Positions 1 to 9,839 of a stretch of 64,000 bases of DNA are shown one piece after another. Every line of letters begins with the position of its first letter. The first letter of the stretch is position 1. Origin of the DNA: Alphaproteobacteria bacterium (lineage in GTDB: Bacteria; Pseudomonadota; Alphaproteobacteria; UBA828); the NCBI GenBank assembly GCA_963422645.2, contig CAXXVO010000015.1, forward strand, positions 32,001-96,000, read 5' to 3'. The notes below the pieces were generated by a model, which was not told the origin of the DNA, made no database searches, and worked only from the letters and a program-made list of their open reading frames with translations. The position numbers and the translations under genes were made by a program.

Positions 1-318
1 CGCACCCGCATGGGCTCCAAGACCCTGCGCGCCTGCCTCGTCGAGTGTGCCCACGGCGCGGCCCGAACCAAGGGGTGCCAGTTCGAGGCTCATCACCGCG
101 CCCTCGCCGCCCGGCGCGGCTACAAGCGCGCCATCGTCGCCGGCGCTCACAAGATGCTGCGCATCATCTATGTGGTGCTCAAGACCGGCAGGCCCTACTA
201 CGACCGCACGGCCGACTACGACGCTCTGATGGTCAAGCGCAACGCTCCTCGGTGGATCCGCATGCTCCGCCGCTACGGCTACATCGAGCCCGTAGGCGCG
301 GAACTCAAGGCCGCCTGA
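1..318 (+). CDS. IS110-family transposase/recombinase, C-terminal part (5' end outside window)
   Basis: LRACLVECAHGAARTK...RRGYKRAIVAGAHKMLRIIYVVLKTGRPY is a typical IS110 (Transposase_20) C-terminus; frame is open from base 1. Confidence 0.85.
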   Translation, partial: RTRMGSKTLRACLVECAHGAARTKGCQFEAHHRALAARRGYKRAIVAGAHKMLRIIYVVLKTGRPYYDRTADYDALMVKRNAPRWIRMLRRYGYIEPVGAELKAA

Positions 319-482
319 GCGGCCCGCATCTCGTCAGCCGGCTACGCGGGACCGCTTCGGACCACATCGGGGAAGTCCACCGCTCGTCTCCGCCGCGCCG
401 ACCCTGGCGGTCTCAGCCAACGCCGTGACCTCGGGGTTGGAGCGTCACCGCGCGTCCCTCGCCAGAATCTGTTTCACGGCAA
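319..482 (+). ncRNA. IS110 3' non-coding end, candidate bridge/seek-type RNA region
   Basis: 164-nt non-coding tail ending TTTCACGGCAA; internal GCCGTGA (422-428) is complementary to terminal TCACGGC (474-480); homologous to the IS66-B tail. Confidence 0.45.
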
Positions 483-655
483 TTGCGTGACTACAACTCC
501 CGGATGACTCGTTGGCACGCAAACCGACAGGTCGTCGTCAACACCTTTGACCGCCACGACTTTGCTTTCAAGTAACTACCCAGGTACCCCAATCCTGAGT
601 TGAGGACGGTGATTATGGCGGCGGCCGCGGTCTGGTTCTGCCACCGCGATTGGTT

Positions 656-715
656 CTTGACCTCATAGAGTTGCGGGACTATGGACTGCTCTCTCGCGTG
701 ACGGGAGCGGTCCAT
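656..715 (+). promoter_or_regulatory. Putative sigma70 promoter plus hairpin hiding RBS and start codon of the IS-borne methyltransferase
   Basis: CTTGAC(656-661)-N17-CTATGG(679-684); stem ATGGACTGCTCTC/GGGAGCGGTCCAT covers GGGAG and the start; same architecture in IS66-C. Confidence 0.6.
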
Positions 716-1379
716 GGGGTATTTCGGCTCGAAGGCGACAGCAGGTCTGTGCCAAGCGCTGATTGCGCTGATGCCGCCGCACTCCGTCTACATCGAAAGC
801 CACCTTGGGGGCGGGGCGCTGATGAAGCGCAAGCCGCCGGCCGTGCGTTCGATCGGCATCGACCGCGATGCGCAGGCGCTCGAGGCCTTCGTCTGCGACT
901 ACCCGGTCGATCTGGTTCACGGCTGTGCCCATGACTTCCTGGCCTCGTTCCCGTTCCTGGGCCCGGAGCTGGTTTACAGCGATCCGCCCTATCTGCACGC
1001 GACCCGCCGCTCGGCGCAGCGCTACCGCTTCGAGTACGAGGAGGCCGGCCACGTCGCGCTTCTCGCGCTGCTCAAGGCTCTGCCCTGCCAGGTCATGATC
1101 TCGGGCCATCCGTCGGCGCTCTATGACGAGGTGCTGGCGGGATGGCGCCGGCTGGCGCTGCAGGTCACGACCCAGGGTCTGGTGCGAACCGAGGTCGTCT
1201 GGTTCAACTACGCCCCCGACCGGATGCATTGGGCCAGCCACGCAGGCCGGAACTTCACCGACCGCCAGCGCATCAAGCGCAAGGCAGCCAACTGGGGCCG
1301 GCGCTACCAGGCCTTGCCGCCGGGCGAACGCCTCGCCGTGCTCGCCGCCATGATGGCCGTCGAGGCCGAAGACACGTGA
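714..1379 (+). CDS. DNA adenine methyltransferase (D12/Dam-like), IS passenger
   Basis: YFGSK N-terminus, ESHLGGGA SAM-binding variant, catalytic DPPY. Confidence 0.85.
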   Translation: MGYFGSKATAGLCQALIALMPPHSVYIESHLGGGALMKRKPPAVRSIGIDRDAQALEAFVCDYPVDLVHGCAHDFLASFPFLGPELVYSDPPYLHATRRSAQRYRFEYEEAGHVALLALLKALPCQVMISGHPSALYDEVLAGWRRLALQVTTQGLVRTEVVWFNYAPDRMHWASHAGRNFTDRQRIKRKAANWGRRYQALPPGERLAVLAAMMAVEAEDT

Positions 1380-2785
1380 CGGTGTCGCACTGGCACGAAG
1401 ACCTCGCCGCCCGTAACGAGGCCTTCTGCTGCCTGAAGGAGCTTCTCGAGCCATCATCCCTCGCAACCACTGTCGTCGTTGCCGTCCGGGAATGGGGGCA
1501 GGGGCTGCTGCGATCAGCCACCGCGCTCGCCCGGGAAAATGCCGCACTCGAGCAGGAGAACGCGGCCCTGCGCGAGCGCATCGCCGAACTCGAGCGCAGC
1601 GCGGCCCTCAACAGCACCACAAGCAGCAAGCCCCCCGCCAGCGACGGGCTCAAGAAGAAAAGCGGAGCCCAGAGGCGCACCCAAAGCCAGCGCGGAAAGT
1701 CCGGCGGGCCCAGTGGCGGCCAGCCCGGCCACAAGGGAACCACCCTCGCGCGGAGCGACAGCCCGGACCGTGTCGTCGATCACCACCCCTCCACCTGTTC
1801 CGGTGAGCGCTCAACACGAGCCGCCTTCCCGCCGGGCGTCACCGCCCCGGTCCAGTACGGCCCTCGCATCACCGCTTGGGTGAGTTACCTGCTGTACGCC
1901 CAGTTCGTGCCCGAGAAGCGTCTGGCCGAACTCATGAGCGACATCTTCGCGGTGTCCATCTCCACTGCCACGATCGCCGCCATGGGCCGGCGCACAGCGC
2001 AGCGCTTCGAGGGCTTCCTCGACCATGTCGCCGATCTGATCCGCACGCAGGCGCCGGTCAAGCACCTCGACGAGACCGGCCTGCGTATCGCCGCCCGTAC
2101 CCGCTGGCTCCATGTGCTGTGCACCCCGTTGCTCACCGTCCTGCGCATCGGCGAGGGACGCGGCGATGTCGAAAAGAACCTGAAAGGCATCCTCGTCCAC
2201 GACGACTTCGCCCCCTACTTCACCATCAAGGGCGTCCGCCACGGCGCCTGCAACGCACATCACCTGCGCGAACTCCAGGCCCTGATCGACATCGAGAAGG
2301 AGGAATGGGCGGCGAGCATGCACCGCCTGCTTCAGCGCGCGCGCAGGGCCGCCCGCTTCGCCCGTGAGAAAGACCGTCAAGTCCCCGCCTCCCTGGTGGC
2401 CCGCATCTCAAGGGCATGGGACCGTATCCTCGAAGAAGCCATCGCCTTCCATGAGGCCCAACCGCCGCTCCAGATCGCAAAGCGAGGGCGAAAGAAACGC
2501 CGCATCGGCCACAACCTCGCGCGCCGCCTTCAAAAGCATAAGGAGGGCTGCCTGCGCTTCCTCACCGACCTGCGCACGCCGTTCACGAATAACGAGGCGG
2601 AGCGTGACATCCGTATGAACAAAGTGCATGAGAAGATCTCAGGCGGCTTCCGCTCCCTGCAAGGCGCCTGCAACTTCGCCGGAATGCGCAGCGTCATCGT
2701 CACCGCTCGAAAGCAAGGCTGGAACATCCTGCAAATCCTGGCGCACCCGGAACCGATGCAGCTGATCCCTATACTGCGCTCCTGA
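1376..2785 (+). CDS. tnpC: IS66 transposase with in-frame zinc-finger deletion
   Basis: GTG start overlaps methylase TGA (GTGA); coiled coil, NSTTSSKPP, GGQPGHKG, HLDETG, CNAHHLREL, TNNEAERDIR; 43 aa shorter than copy 3. Confidence 0.88.
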   Translation: MTVSHWHEDLAARNEAFCCLKELLEPSSLATTVVVAVREWGQGLLRSATALARENAALEQENAALRERIAELERSAALNSTTSSKPPASDGLKKKSGAQRRTQSQRGKSGGPSGGQPGHKGTTLARSDSPDRVVDHHPSTCSGERSTRAAFPPGVTAPVQYGPRITAWVSYLLYAQFVPEKRLAELMSDIFAVSISTATIAAMGRRTAQRFEGFLDHVADLIRTQAPVKHLDETGLRIAARTRWLHVLCTPLLTVLRIGEGRGDVEKNLKGILVHDDFAPYFTIKGVRHGACNAHHLRELQALIDIEKEEWAASMHRLLQRARRAARFAREKDRQVPASLVARISRAWDRILEEAIAFHEAQPPLQIAKRGRKKRRIGHNLARRLQKHKEGCLRFLTDLRTPFTNNEAERDIRMNKVHEKISGGFRSLQGACNFAGMRSVIVTARKQGWNILQILAHPEPMQLIPILRS

Positions 2786-2860
2786 ACTTCTCCGGCTCAT
2801 CCTGAGTATCGCTGTCCTCTCATCTTGTTCGCGACGCGGCGTTCATCATCCTCTCGCGCT

Positions 2861-3040
2861 CAAGAGAGTAGGCACCCCCGCGGCGTGGGGGCGTTGACGC
2901 AAAAGGAACTGGCTTGTTCCATAAGAGAGAGGGGGTACCTGGGCAGTTACCAAGAGAGTAGGCACCCCCGCGGCGTGGGGGCGTTGACGCAAAAGGAACT
3001 GGCTTGTTCCATAAGAGAGAGGGGGTACCTGGGCAGTTAC
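2861..3040 (+). repeat. Tandem duplication of the 90-bp right end of IS66-A
   Basis: 2861-2950 equals 2951-3040; each ends in the right IR GGGCAGTTAC. Confidence 0.95.
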
Positions 3041-4008
3041 CCTTCGGCAGCAATGGCAGGAGACCGGTCTCGGAGAGAAGACCTTCCTTCAGCAGGGCCG
3101 GCAGGGCGGCGAGCACGCCGCCGAAGCGGACACCGCGGGCGGCGGCGGCGAACTGCGGTTCGACCGGCCCCGCCTGTCCACAACTGGCCAGAACCCGAGC
3201 CGGAACATCGCAAGTCGCACGCCCCATCGGCGCCTGCCGGTCCCGCCGATCGCGCGCGCTGCGATCCGTTTGCGGCTGCGCTTCCAGCCCCGGCGCCGTC
3301 TCCGGCCCCGGGGCACCGGTACTCTCTTCATCGACACGGCCTTCAGGAGCCGCACCCGCGTCAGGCGGCGCAGCCAGCGCTGAGCGTCCGGGCTCCCCAT
3401 CCGCCTCCGTGTTGCCGATCAGTCCCTGACGGCGCCACTTGTTGACCGATGGCGCTGACACGCCGAGAACCCGGGCCGCCGCAGAGCCGCTCAGGCCCGA
3501 TGCCAGCAACGCCGTCGCCTTCTCCGCCAACTCCGGAGTGAACACCGACGGCCCGCGACCGCGCCGGGGCTTCATGAACCCCGCTTCGCCCTCGGCCAGG
3601 TAGCGCCGTCGTGCGCGCTGCACCGTCGCGCGCGAGACAGCGAAAGCGTCAGCCAGTTCCTGCGGCGAGACCGCGCTGATCGCCGCGAGGCGGCCGATCC
3701 GCAAGAGCATGGCCGTGCGGTCATCGGCGGCGTGGCTGTCAAAGGGAATGAGGTTGGAAAAGTAGGTGAAGGTGTCGTCCGAGATCAGGACGGCGAAGCA
3801 GCTGTTGCCGATCGAGACCGCCTCTGGAGGGCACATTGGGAGGGTACTGGGCATGGTTGAGACCGTGCAATTGGTATCAAATTATAATATCAGACCTCGG
3901 GCGCGACACCCAGCGAAAAACCGCCTGAAACAACCGAAATGTATCAGAATTCAAGGAGTTCCCGGCACGCTGCCCAGAACAGCCAGCATCACGAGGTCAG
4001 GAAGTCTG
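3041..4008 (-). mobile_element. IS4-like large DDE element, left part (truncated by IS66-A end)
   Basis: Matches 5484-6451; terminus CAGACTTCCTGACCTCG on minus strand; 5' part of transposase at 3041-3854. Confidence 0.85.
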
Positions 4009-6297
4009 AGACTATGCGCAGACGGGTGCCGGGGAAGACCGTTTCGGTGGCGTTCAGGTCGCTCAGAACCGCATCGATCCAACGGTCGCAGGCGTCGTTT
4101 GCGAGGCCAAGAATGTGGACCCGCAGGAGGCCATTGCCAGGATCCGGCAGGATGTCGGCATCGGCGGTGAGCAGCGCTTGAAGCAGTTTCCGGGGATGGG
4201 GCTTGTGGCCCTGCGCCTGCATGACGGGAAGCATCATGCGGGTTTCGGCGCGGTAGGCGATCATCCGGATGACGTCGAGGAGGAGGCGCTCGCGCGCGGG
4301 CAAGGCATCGAGCTGCTCGGCTTCGTCGAGGTCGCCGGCCCGGCAGTGCTTGGGCGTCTCCCTGCGGCTGGCCCTGACGATGTCGCGGACATCCTGGAGG
4401 TCCCTGACTTCCCTCCTGAGTTCCGCCGTCGGCTGCTTCTTCCGGGCCGTGTCGGCGATGCGGTTGCGCAGGCGGCCAAGCTGGCGGTCGAGGCGATGGA
4501 TTGCCTTGTCATAGGCCCGCCGCAGCGGGTTGACGACCATGGCGGCGGGATCGAGAGGCTCGAGCTCGTGGGTCGGCAGGGCGTCGAGATTGAACTCGTC
4601 ACGCATGTACTTGAAGAAGTTCTCCTGCGACCAGCGCGAGAACATGGCGCCCGCAACCTCAGCCATCGGCTTGTGCGGATCGGTGGTGATCAGCGGCACC
4701 TGACGGCCGTTGTCGAGCAGGCGGCGGATCTGGCGCACCCTGAAGCCGTTCGGCAACGTCACCGGCTTCTCAGCCAGCCGCATGGTGGCGCTGCCGTCCG
4801 CCGCCGGTCCGTGAATGGGAACGGTCATCGCGCCGAAGTCCTCGGCCGGCCAGTCCTCGCCCCTGAAGTTCTTGTGCCAGGTCAGGCAGGCGACGCCGCG
4901 CCTCGCCAGCCGGCGGAACAGATCCGGGCTCCAGCCCTCGCGGTCGAAGACCAGGGTGAGCGCCGGCTGGCCGGGATGCTCGGCGGTCAGGTCCGGCGCC
5001 CCGGCGCCAACGATCCCAAGCTCCTGCAGCGCCGGCACCACGTCGGCTTCGATGGCCGCGACCATCTTCGGGTCCAGCGGCTTGTGCAGACAGAGCAGCG
5101 GCTTGCCGCCCAGAGCGTTGATCCAGTAGCTGGCGCTCGCCGGCAGGCACAGCTTCTCGCGCGAGACGAAGTGCTTGGGCAAGCGCCCCTTGCGGCCGGA
5201 GTAGACCTTGACGTGCCCGTCGATGGCCAGCGTCGCCCAGAGCTCCGGCTCGTCGGCGCCTGCCAGCGCCTGGCAAGGGCGAGCTGCCACGCCCGCACGC
5301 CGGCCTCGTCGTCGGCGATGAGAGCGATCTTGCGGCGCAGCGTCTTGACCTCGGGGCAGCGATCGAGGCCGAGAATGGCGCCCCATTCGCCCGGCGCCTG
5401 GTAGCGCAGGCTCTCGGGGTTGCGCACCCGCGCCAAGGTCATGAAGGCCAGGAAGAGCAGGATCGTAGGCAAGCCGTAATAGCCCTTCGGCAGCAATGGC
5501 AGGAGACCGGTCTCGGAGAGAAGACCTTCCTTCAGCAGGGCCGGCAGGGCGGCGAGCACGCCGCCGAAGCGGACACCGCGGGCGGCGGCGGCGAACTGCG
5601 GTTCGACCGGCCCCGCCTGTCCACAACTGGCCAGAACCCGAGCCGGAACATCGCAAGTCGCACGCCCCATCGGCGCCTGCCGGTCCCGCCGATCGCGCGC
5701 GCTGCGATCCGTTTGCGGCTGCGCTTCCAGCCCCGGCGCCGTCTCCGGCCCCGGGGCACCGGTACTCTCTTCATCGACACGGCCTTCAGGAGCCGCACCC
5801 GCGTCAGGCGGCGCAGCCAGCGCTGAGCGTCCGGGCTCCCCATCCGCCTCCGTGTTGCCGATCAGTCCCTGACGGCGCCACTTGTTGACCGATGGCGCTG
5901 ACACGCCGAGAACCCGGGCCGCCGCAGAGCCGCTCAGGCCCGATGCCAGCAACGCCGTCGCCTTCTCCGCCAACTCCGGAGTGAACACCGACGGCCCGCG
6001 ACCGCGCCGGGGCTTCATGAACCCCGCTTCGCCCTCGGCCAGGTAGCGCCGTCGTGCGCGCTGCACCGTCGCGCGCGAGACAGCGAAAGCGTCAGCCAGT
6101 TCCTGCGGCGAGACCGCGCTGATCGCCGCGAGGCGGCCGATCCGCAAGAGCATGGCCGTGCGGTCATCGGCGGCGTGGCTGTCAAAGGGAATGAGGTTGG
6201 AAAAGTAGGTGAAGGTGTCGTCCGAGATCAGGACGGCGAAGCAGCTGTTGCCGATCGAGACCGCCTCTGGAGGGCACATTGGGAGGGTACTGGGCAT
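4009..6297 (-). pseudogene. Large HTH-DDE transposase, frameshifted near 5265
   Basis: ORFs 4987-6297 and 3989-5656 join at ...RRWQA/DEPELW; IDGH, FDREG and RWSQENFFK motifs. Confidence 0.8.
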
Positions 6298-6451
6298 GGT
6301 TGAGACCGTGCAATTGGTATCAAATTATAATATCAGACCTCGGGCGCGACACCCAGCGAAAAACCGCCTGAAACAACCGAAATGTATCAGAATTCAAGGA
6401 GTTCCCGGCACGCTGCCCAGAACAGCCAGCATCACGAGGTCAGGAAGTCTG
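4009..6451 (-). mobile_element. IS4-like large DDE element, right end missing
   Basis: Left terminus CAGACTTCCTGAC at 6451; transposase C-terminus cut at RLRIV by the adjacent copy. Confidence 0.85.
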
Positions 6452-6611
6452 AATATATTGTAACTGCCCGTAACTACCCAGGTACCCCAATCCTGAGTTG
6501 AGGACGGTGATTATGGCGGCGGCCGCGGCCTGGTTCTGCCACCGCGATTGGTTCTTGACCTCATAGAGTTGCGGGACTATGGACTGCTCTCTCGCGTGAC
6601 GGGAGCGGTCC

Positions 6612-7277
6612 ATGGGGTATTTCGGCTCGAAGGCGACAGCAGGTCTGTGCCAAGCGCTGATTGCGCTGATGCCGCCGCACTCCGTCTACATCGAAAGCCA
6701 CCTTGGGGGCGGGGCGCTGATGAAGCGCAAGCCGCCGGCCGTGCGTTCGATCGGCATCGACCGCGATGCGCAGGCGCTCGAGGCCTTCGTCTGCGACTAC
6801 CCGGTCGATCTGGTTCACGGCTGTGCCCATGACTTCCTGGCCTCGTTCCCGTTCCTGGGCCCGGAGCTGGTTTACAGCGATCCGCCCTATCTGCACGCGA
6901 CCCGCCGCTCGGCGCAGCGCTACCGCTTCGAGTACGAGGAGGCCGGCCACGTCGCGCTTCTCGCGCTGCTCAAGGCTCTGCCCTGCCAGGTCATGATCTC
7001 GGGCCATCCGTCGGCGCTCTATGACGAGGTGCTGGCGGGATGGCGCCGGCTGGCGCTGCAGGTCACGACCCAGGGTCTGGTGCGAACCGAGGTCGTCTGG
7101 TTCAACTACGCCCCCGACCGGATGCATTGGGCCAGCCACGCAGGCCGGAACTTCACCGACCGCCAGCGCATCAAGCGCAAGGCAGCCAACTGGGGCCGGC
7201 GCTACCAGGCCTTGCCGCCGGGCGAACGCCTCGCCGTGCTCGCCGCCATGATGGCCGTCGAGGCCGAAGACACGTGA
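6612..7277 (+). CDS. DNA adenine methyltransferase (D12/Dam-like)
   Basis: Protein identical to 714-1379. Confidence 0.85.
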   Translation: MGYFGSKATAGLCQALIALMPPHSVYIESHLGGGALMKRKPPAVRSIGIDRDAQALEAFVCDYPVDLVHGCAHDFLASFPFLGPELVYSDPPYLHATRRSAQRYRFEYEEAGHVALLALLKALPCQVMISGHPSALYDEVLAGWRRLALQVTTQGLVRTEVVWFNYAPDRMHWASHAGRNFTDRQRIKRKAANWGRRYQALPPGERLAVLAAMMAVEAEDT

Positions 7278-8683
7278 CGGTGTCGCACTGGCACGAAGAC
7301 CTCGCCGCCCGTAACGAGGCCTTCTGCTGCCTGAAGGAGCTTCTCGAGCCATCATCCCTCGCAACCACTGTCGTCGTTGCCGTCCGGGAATGGGGGCAGG
7401 GGCTGCTGCGATCAGCCACCGCGCTCGCCCGGGAAAATGCCGCACTCGAGCAGGAGAACGCGGCCCTGCGCGAGCGCATCGCCGAACTCGAGCGCAGCGC
7501 GGCCCTCAACAGCACCACAAGCAGCAAGCCCCCCGCCAGCGACGGGCTCAAGAAGAAAAGCGGAGCCCAGAGGCGCACCCAAAGCCAGCGCGGAAAGTCC
7601 GGCGGGCCCAGTGGCGGCCAGCCCGGCCACAAGGGAACCACCCTCGCGCGGAGCGACAGCCCGGACCGTGTCGTCGATCACCACCCCTCCACCTGTTCCG
7701 GTGAGCGCTCAACACGAGCCGCCTTCCCGCCGGGCGTCACCGCCCCGGTCCAGTACGGCCCTCGCATCACCGCTTGGGTGAGTTACCTGCTGTACGCCCA
7801 GTTCGTGCCCGAGAAGCGTCTGGCCGAACTCATGAGCGACATCTTCGCGGTGTCCATCTCCACTGCCACGATCGCCGCCATGGGCCGGCGCACAGCGCAG
7901 CGCTTCGAGGGCTTCCTCGACCATGTCGCCGATCTGATCCGCACGCAGGCGCCGGTCAAGCACCTCGACGAGACCGGCCTGCGTATCGCCGCCCGTACCC
8001 GCTGGCTCCATGTGCTGTGCACCCCGTTGCTCACCGTCCTGCGCATCGGCGAGGGACGCGGCGATGTCGAAAAGAACCTGAAAGGCATCCTCGTCCACGA
8101 CGACTTCGCCCCCTACTTCACCATCAAGGGCGTCCGCCACGGCGCCTGCAACGCACATCACCTGCGCGAACTCCAGGCCCTGATCGACATCGAGAAGGAG
8201 GAATGGGCGGCGAGCATGCACCGCCTGCTTCAGCGCGCGCGCAGGGCCGCCCGCTTCGCCCGTGAGAAAGACCGTCAAGTCCCCGCCTCCCTGGTGGCCC
8301 GCATCTCAAGGGCATGGGACCGTATCCTCGAAGAAGCCATCGCCTTCCATGAGGCCCAACCGCCGCTCCAGATCGCAAAGCGAGGGCGAAAGAAACGCCG
8401 CATCGGCCACAACCTCGCGCGCCGCCTTCAAAAGCATAAGGAGGGCTGCCTGCGCTTCCTCACCGACCTGCGCACGCCGTTCACGAATAACGAGGCGGAG
8501 CGTGACATCCGTATGAACAAAGTGCATGAGAAGATCTCAGGCGGCTTCCGCTCCCTGCAAGGCGCCTGCAACTTCGCCGGAATGCGCAGCGTCATCGTCA
8601 CCGCTCGAAAGCAAGGCTGGAACATCCTGCAAATCCTGGCGCACCCGGAACCGATGCAGCTGATCCCTATACTGCGCTCCTGA
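7274..8683 (+). CDS. tnpC: IS66 transposase with zinc-finger deletion
   Basis: Protein identical to 1376-2785. Confidence 0.88.
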   Translation: MTVSHWHEDLAARNEAFCCLKELLEPSSLATTVVVAVREWGQGLLRSATALARENAALEQENAALRERIAELERSAALNSTTSSKPPASDGLKKKSGAQRRTQSQRGKSGGPSGGQPGHKGTTLARSDSPDRVVDHHPSTCSGERSTRAAFPPGVTAPVQYGPRITAWVSYLLYAQFVPEKRLAELMSDIFAVSISTATIAAMGRRTAQRFEGFLDHVADLIRTQAPVKHLDETGLRIAARTRWLHVLCTPLLTVLRIGEGRGDVEKNLKGILVHDDFAPYFTIKGVRHGACNAHHLRELQALIDIEKEEWAASMHRLLQRARRAARFAREKDRQVPASLVARISRAWDRILEEAIAFHEAQPPLQIAKRGRKKRRIGHNLARRLQKHKEGCLRFLTDLRTPFTNNEAERDIRMNKVHEKISGGFRSLQGACNFAGMRSVIVTARKQGWNILQILAHPEPMQLIPILRS

Positions 8684-8848
8684 ACTTCTCCGGCTCATCC
8701 TGAGTATCGCTGTCCTCTCATCTTGTTCGCGACGCGGCGTTCATCATCCTCTCGCGCTCAAGAGAGTAGGCACCCCCGCGGCGTGGGGGCGTTGACGCAA
8801 AAGGAACTGGCTTGTTCCATAAGAGAGAGGGGGTACCTGGGCAGTTAC

Positions 8849-9031
8849 AACTGCCCAGGTTCTTGCTGTGAAAATTCTCTGGGATTCGGCACAACGCTAC
8901 CCACGCGACGCCCGTGTGCTCCTCTGGGGTCGCCGGGTTTCACAGCTCACGATGCCCCTCTTGCGGACTGCGACCGGTAAGCTACCCCGATGTGGCCCGA
9001 AGTCCGCCCGCGCGACGGGCACCGATTTTCA
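8849..9031 (-). mobile_element. Right-end fragment of IS66-B, inverted (outermost IR bases at 6460-6469)
   Basis: Reverse complement of the IS66-B tail near 18097-18279; cut by IS66-A copy 3. Confidence 0.9.
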
Positions 9032-9173
9032 GTAACTACCCAGGTACCCCAATCCTGAGTTGAGGACGGTGATTATGGCGGCGGCCGCGGTCTGGTTCTG
9101 CCACCGCGATTGGTTCTTGACCTCATAGAGTTGCGGGACTATGGACTGCTCTCTCGCGTGACGGGAGCGGTCC

Positions 9174-9839
9174 ATGGGGTATTTCGGCTCGAAGGCGACA
9201 GCAGGTCTGTGCCAAGCGCTGATTGCGCTGATGCCGCCGCACTCCGTCTACATCGAGAGCCACCTTGGGGGCGGGGCGCTGACGAAGCGCAAGCCGCCGG
9301 CCGTGCGTTCGATCGGCATCGACCGCGATGCGCAGGCGCTCGAGGCCTTCGTCTGCGACTACCCGGTCGATCTGGTTCACGGCTGTGCCCATGACTTCCT
9401 GGCCTCGTTCCCGTTCCTGGGCCCGGAGCTGGTTTACAGCGATCCGCCCTATCTGCACGCGACCCGCCGCTCGGCGCAGCGCTACCGCTTCGAGTACGAG
9501 GAGGCCGGCCACGTCGCGCTTCTCGCGCTGCTCAAGGCTCTGCCCTGCCAGGTCATGATCTCGGGCCATCCGTCGGCGCTCTATGACGAGGTGCTGGCGG
9601 GATGGCGCCGGCTGGCGCTGCAGGTCACGACCCAGGGTCTGGTGCGAACCGAGGTCGTCTGGTTCAACTACGCCCCCGACCGGATGCATTGGGCCAGCCA
9701 CGCAGGCCGGAACTTCACCGACCGCCAGCGCATCAAGCGCAAGGCAGCCAACTGGGGCCGGCGCTACCAGGCCTTGCCGCCGGGCGAACGCCTCGCCGTG
9801 CTCGCCGCCATGATGGCCGTCGAGGCCGAAGACACGTGA
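9174..9839 (+). CDS. DNA adenine methyltransferase (M37T variant)
   Basis: YFGSK, ESHLGGGA, DPPY. Confidence 0.85.
   Translation: MGYFGSKATAGLCQALIALMPPHSVYIESHLGGGALTKRKPPAVRSIGIDRDAQALEAFVCDYPVDLVHGCAHDFLASFPFLGPELVYSDPPYLHATRRSAQRYRFEYEEAGHVALLALLKALPCQVMISGHPSALYDEVLAGWRRLALQVTTQGLVRTEVVWFNYAPDRMHWASHAGRNFTDRQRIKRKAANWGRRYQALPPGERLAVLAAMMAVEAEDT

Larger units (their letters stand above)
572..2950 (+). mobile_element. IS66-family element A, copy 1 (methyltransferase + transposase lacking zinc finger)
   Basis: IRs GTAACTACCCAGGTACCCC / GGGGTACCTGGGCAGTTAC (GTAA...TTAC ends); no matching TSD. Confidence 0.92.
6470..8848 (+). mobile_element. IS66-A copy 2, inserted in the terminal IR of an IS66-B end
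   Basis: Both IRs present; 8-bp TSD AACTGCCC at 6462-6469 and 8849-8856. Confidence 0.95.

Noticed and set aside
483-571. Short open frame LRDYNSRMTRWHANRQVVVNTFDRHDFAFK between two IS ends
   Set aside because: Probably a gene scrap, too short to assign.
1142-1375. N-terminal extension of the 547/590-aa transposase ORFs (also at 7040, 9602 and 44610)
   Set aside because: It overlaps the methylase out of frame and is low-complexity; homology between types A and C starts at the GTG overlapping the methylase stop.
1370-1385. Programmed frameshift fusing methylase and transposase
   Set aside because: No slippery heptamer or A-run is visible; the GTGA overlap is explained by ordinary translational coupling.
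2861-3040. Possible CRISPR-like repeats here and in the 38903-39514 tract
   Set aside because: No unique spacers and no cas genes; one is an IS-end duplication, the other a coding repeat.
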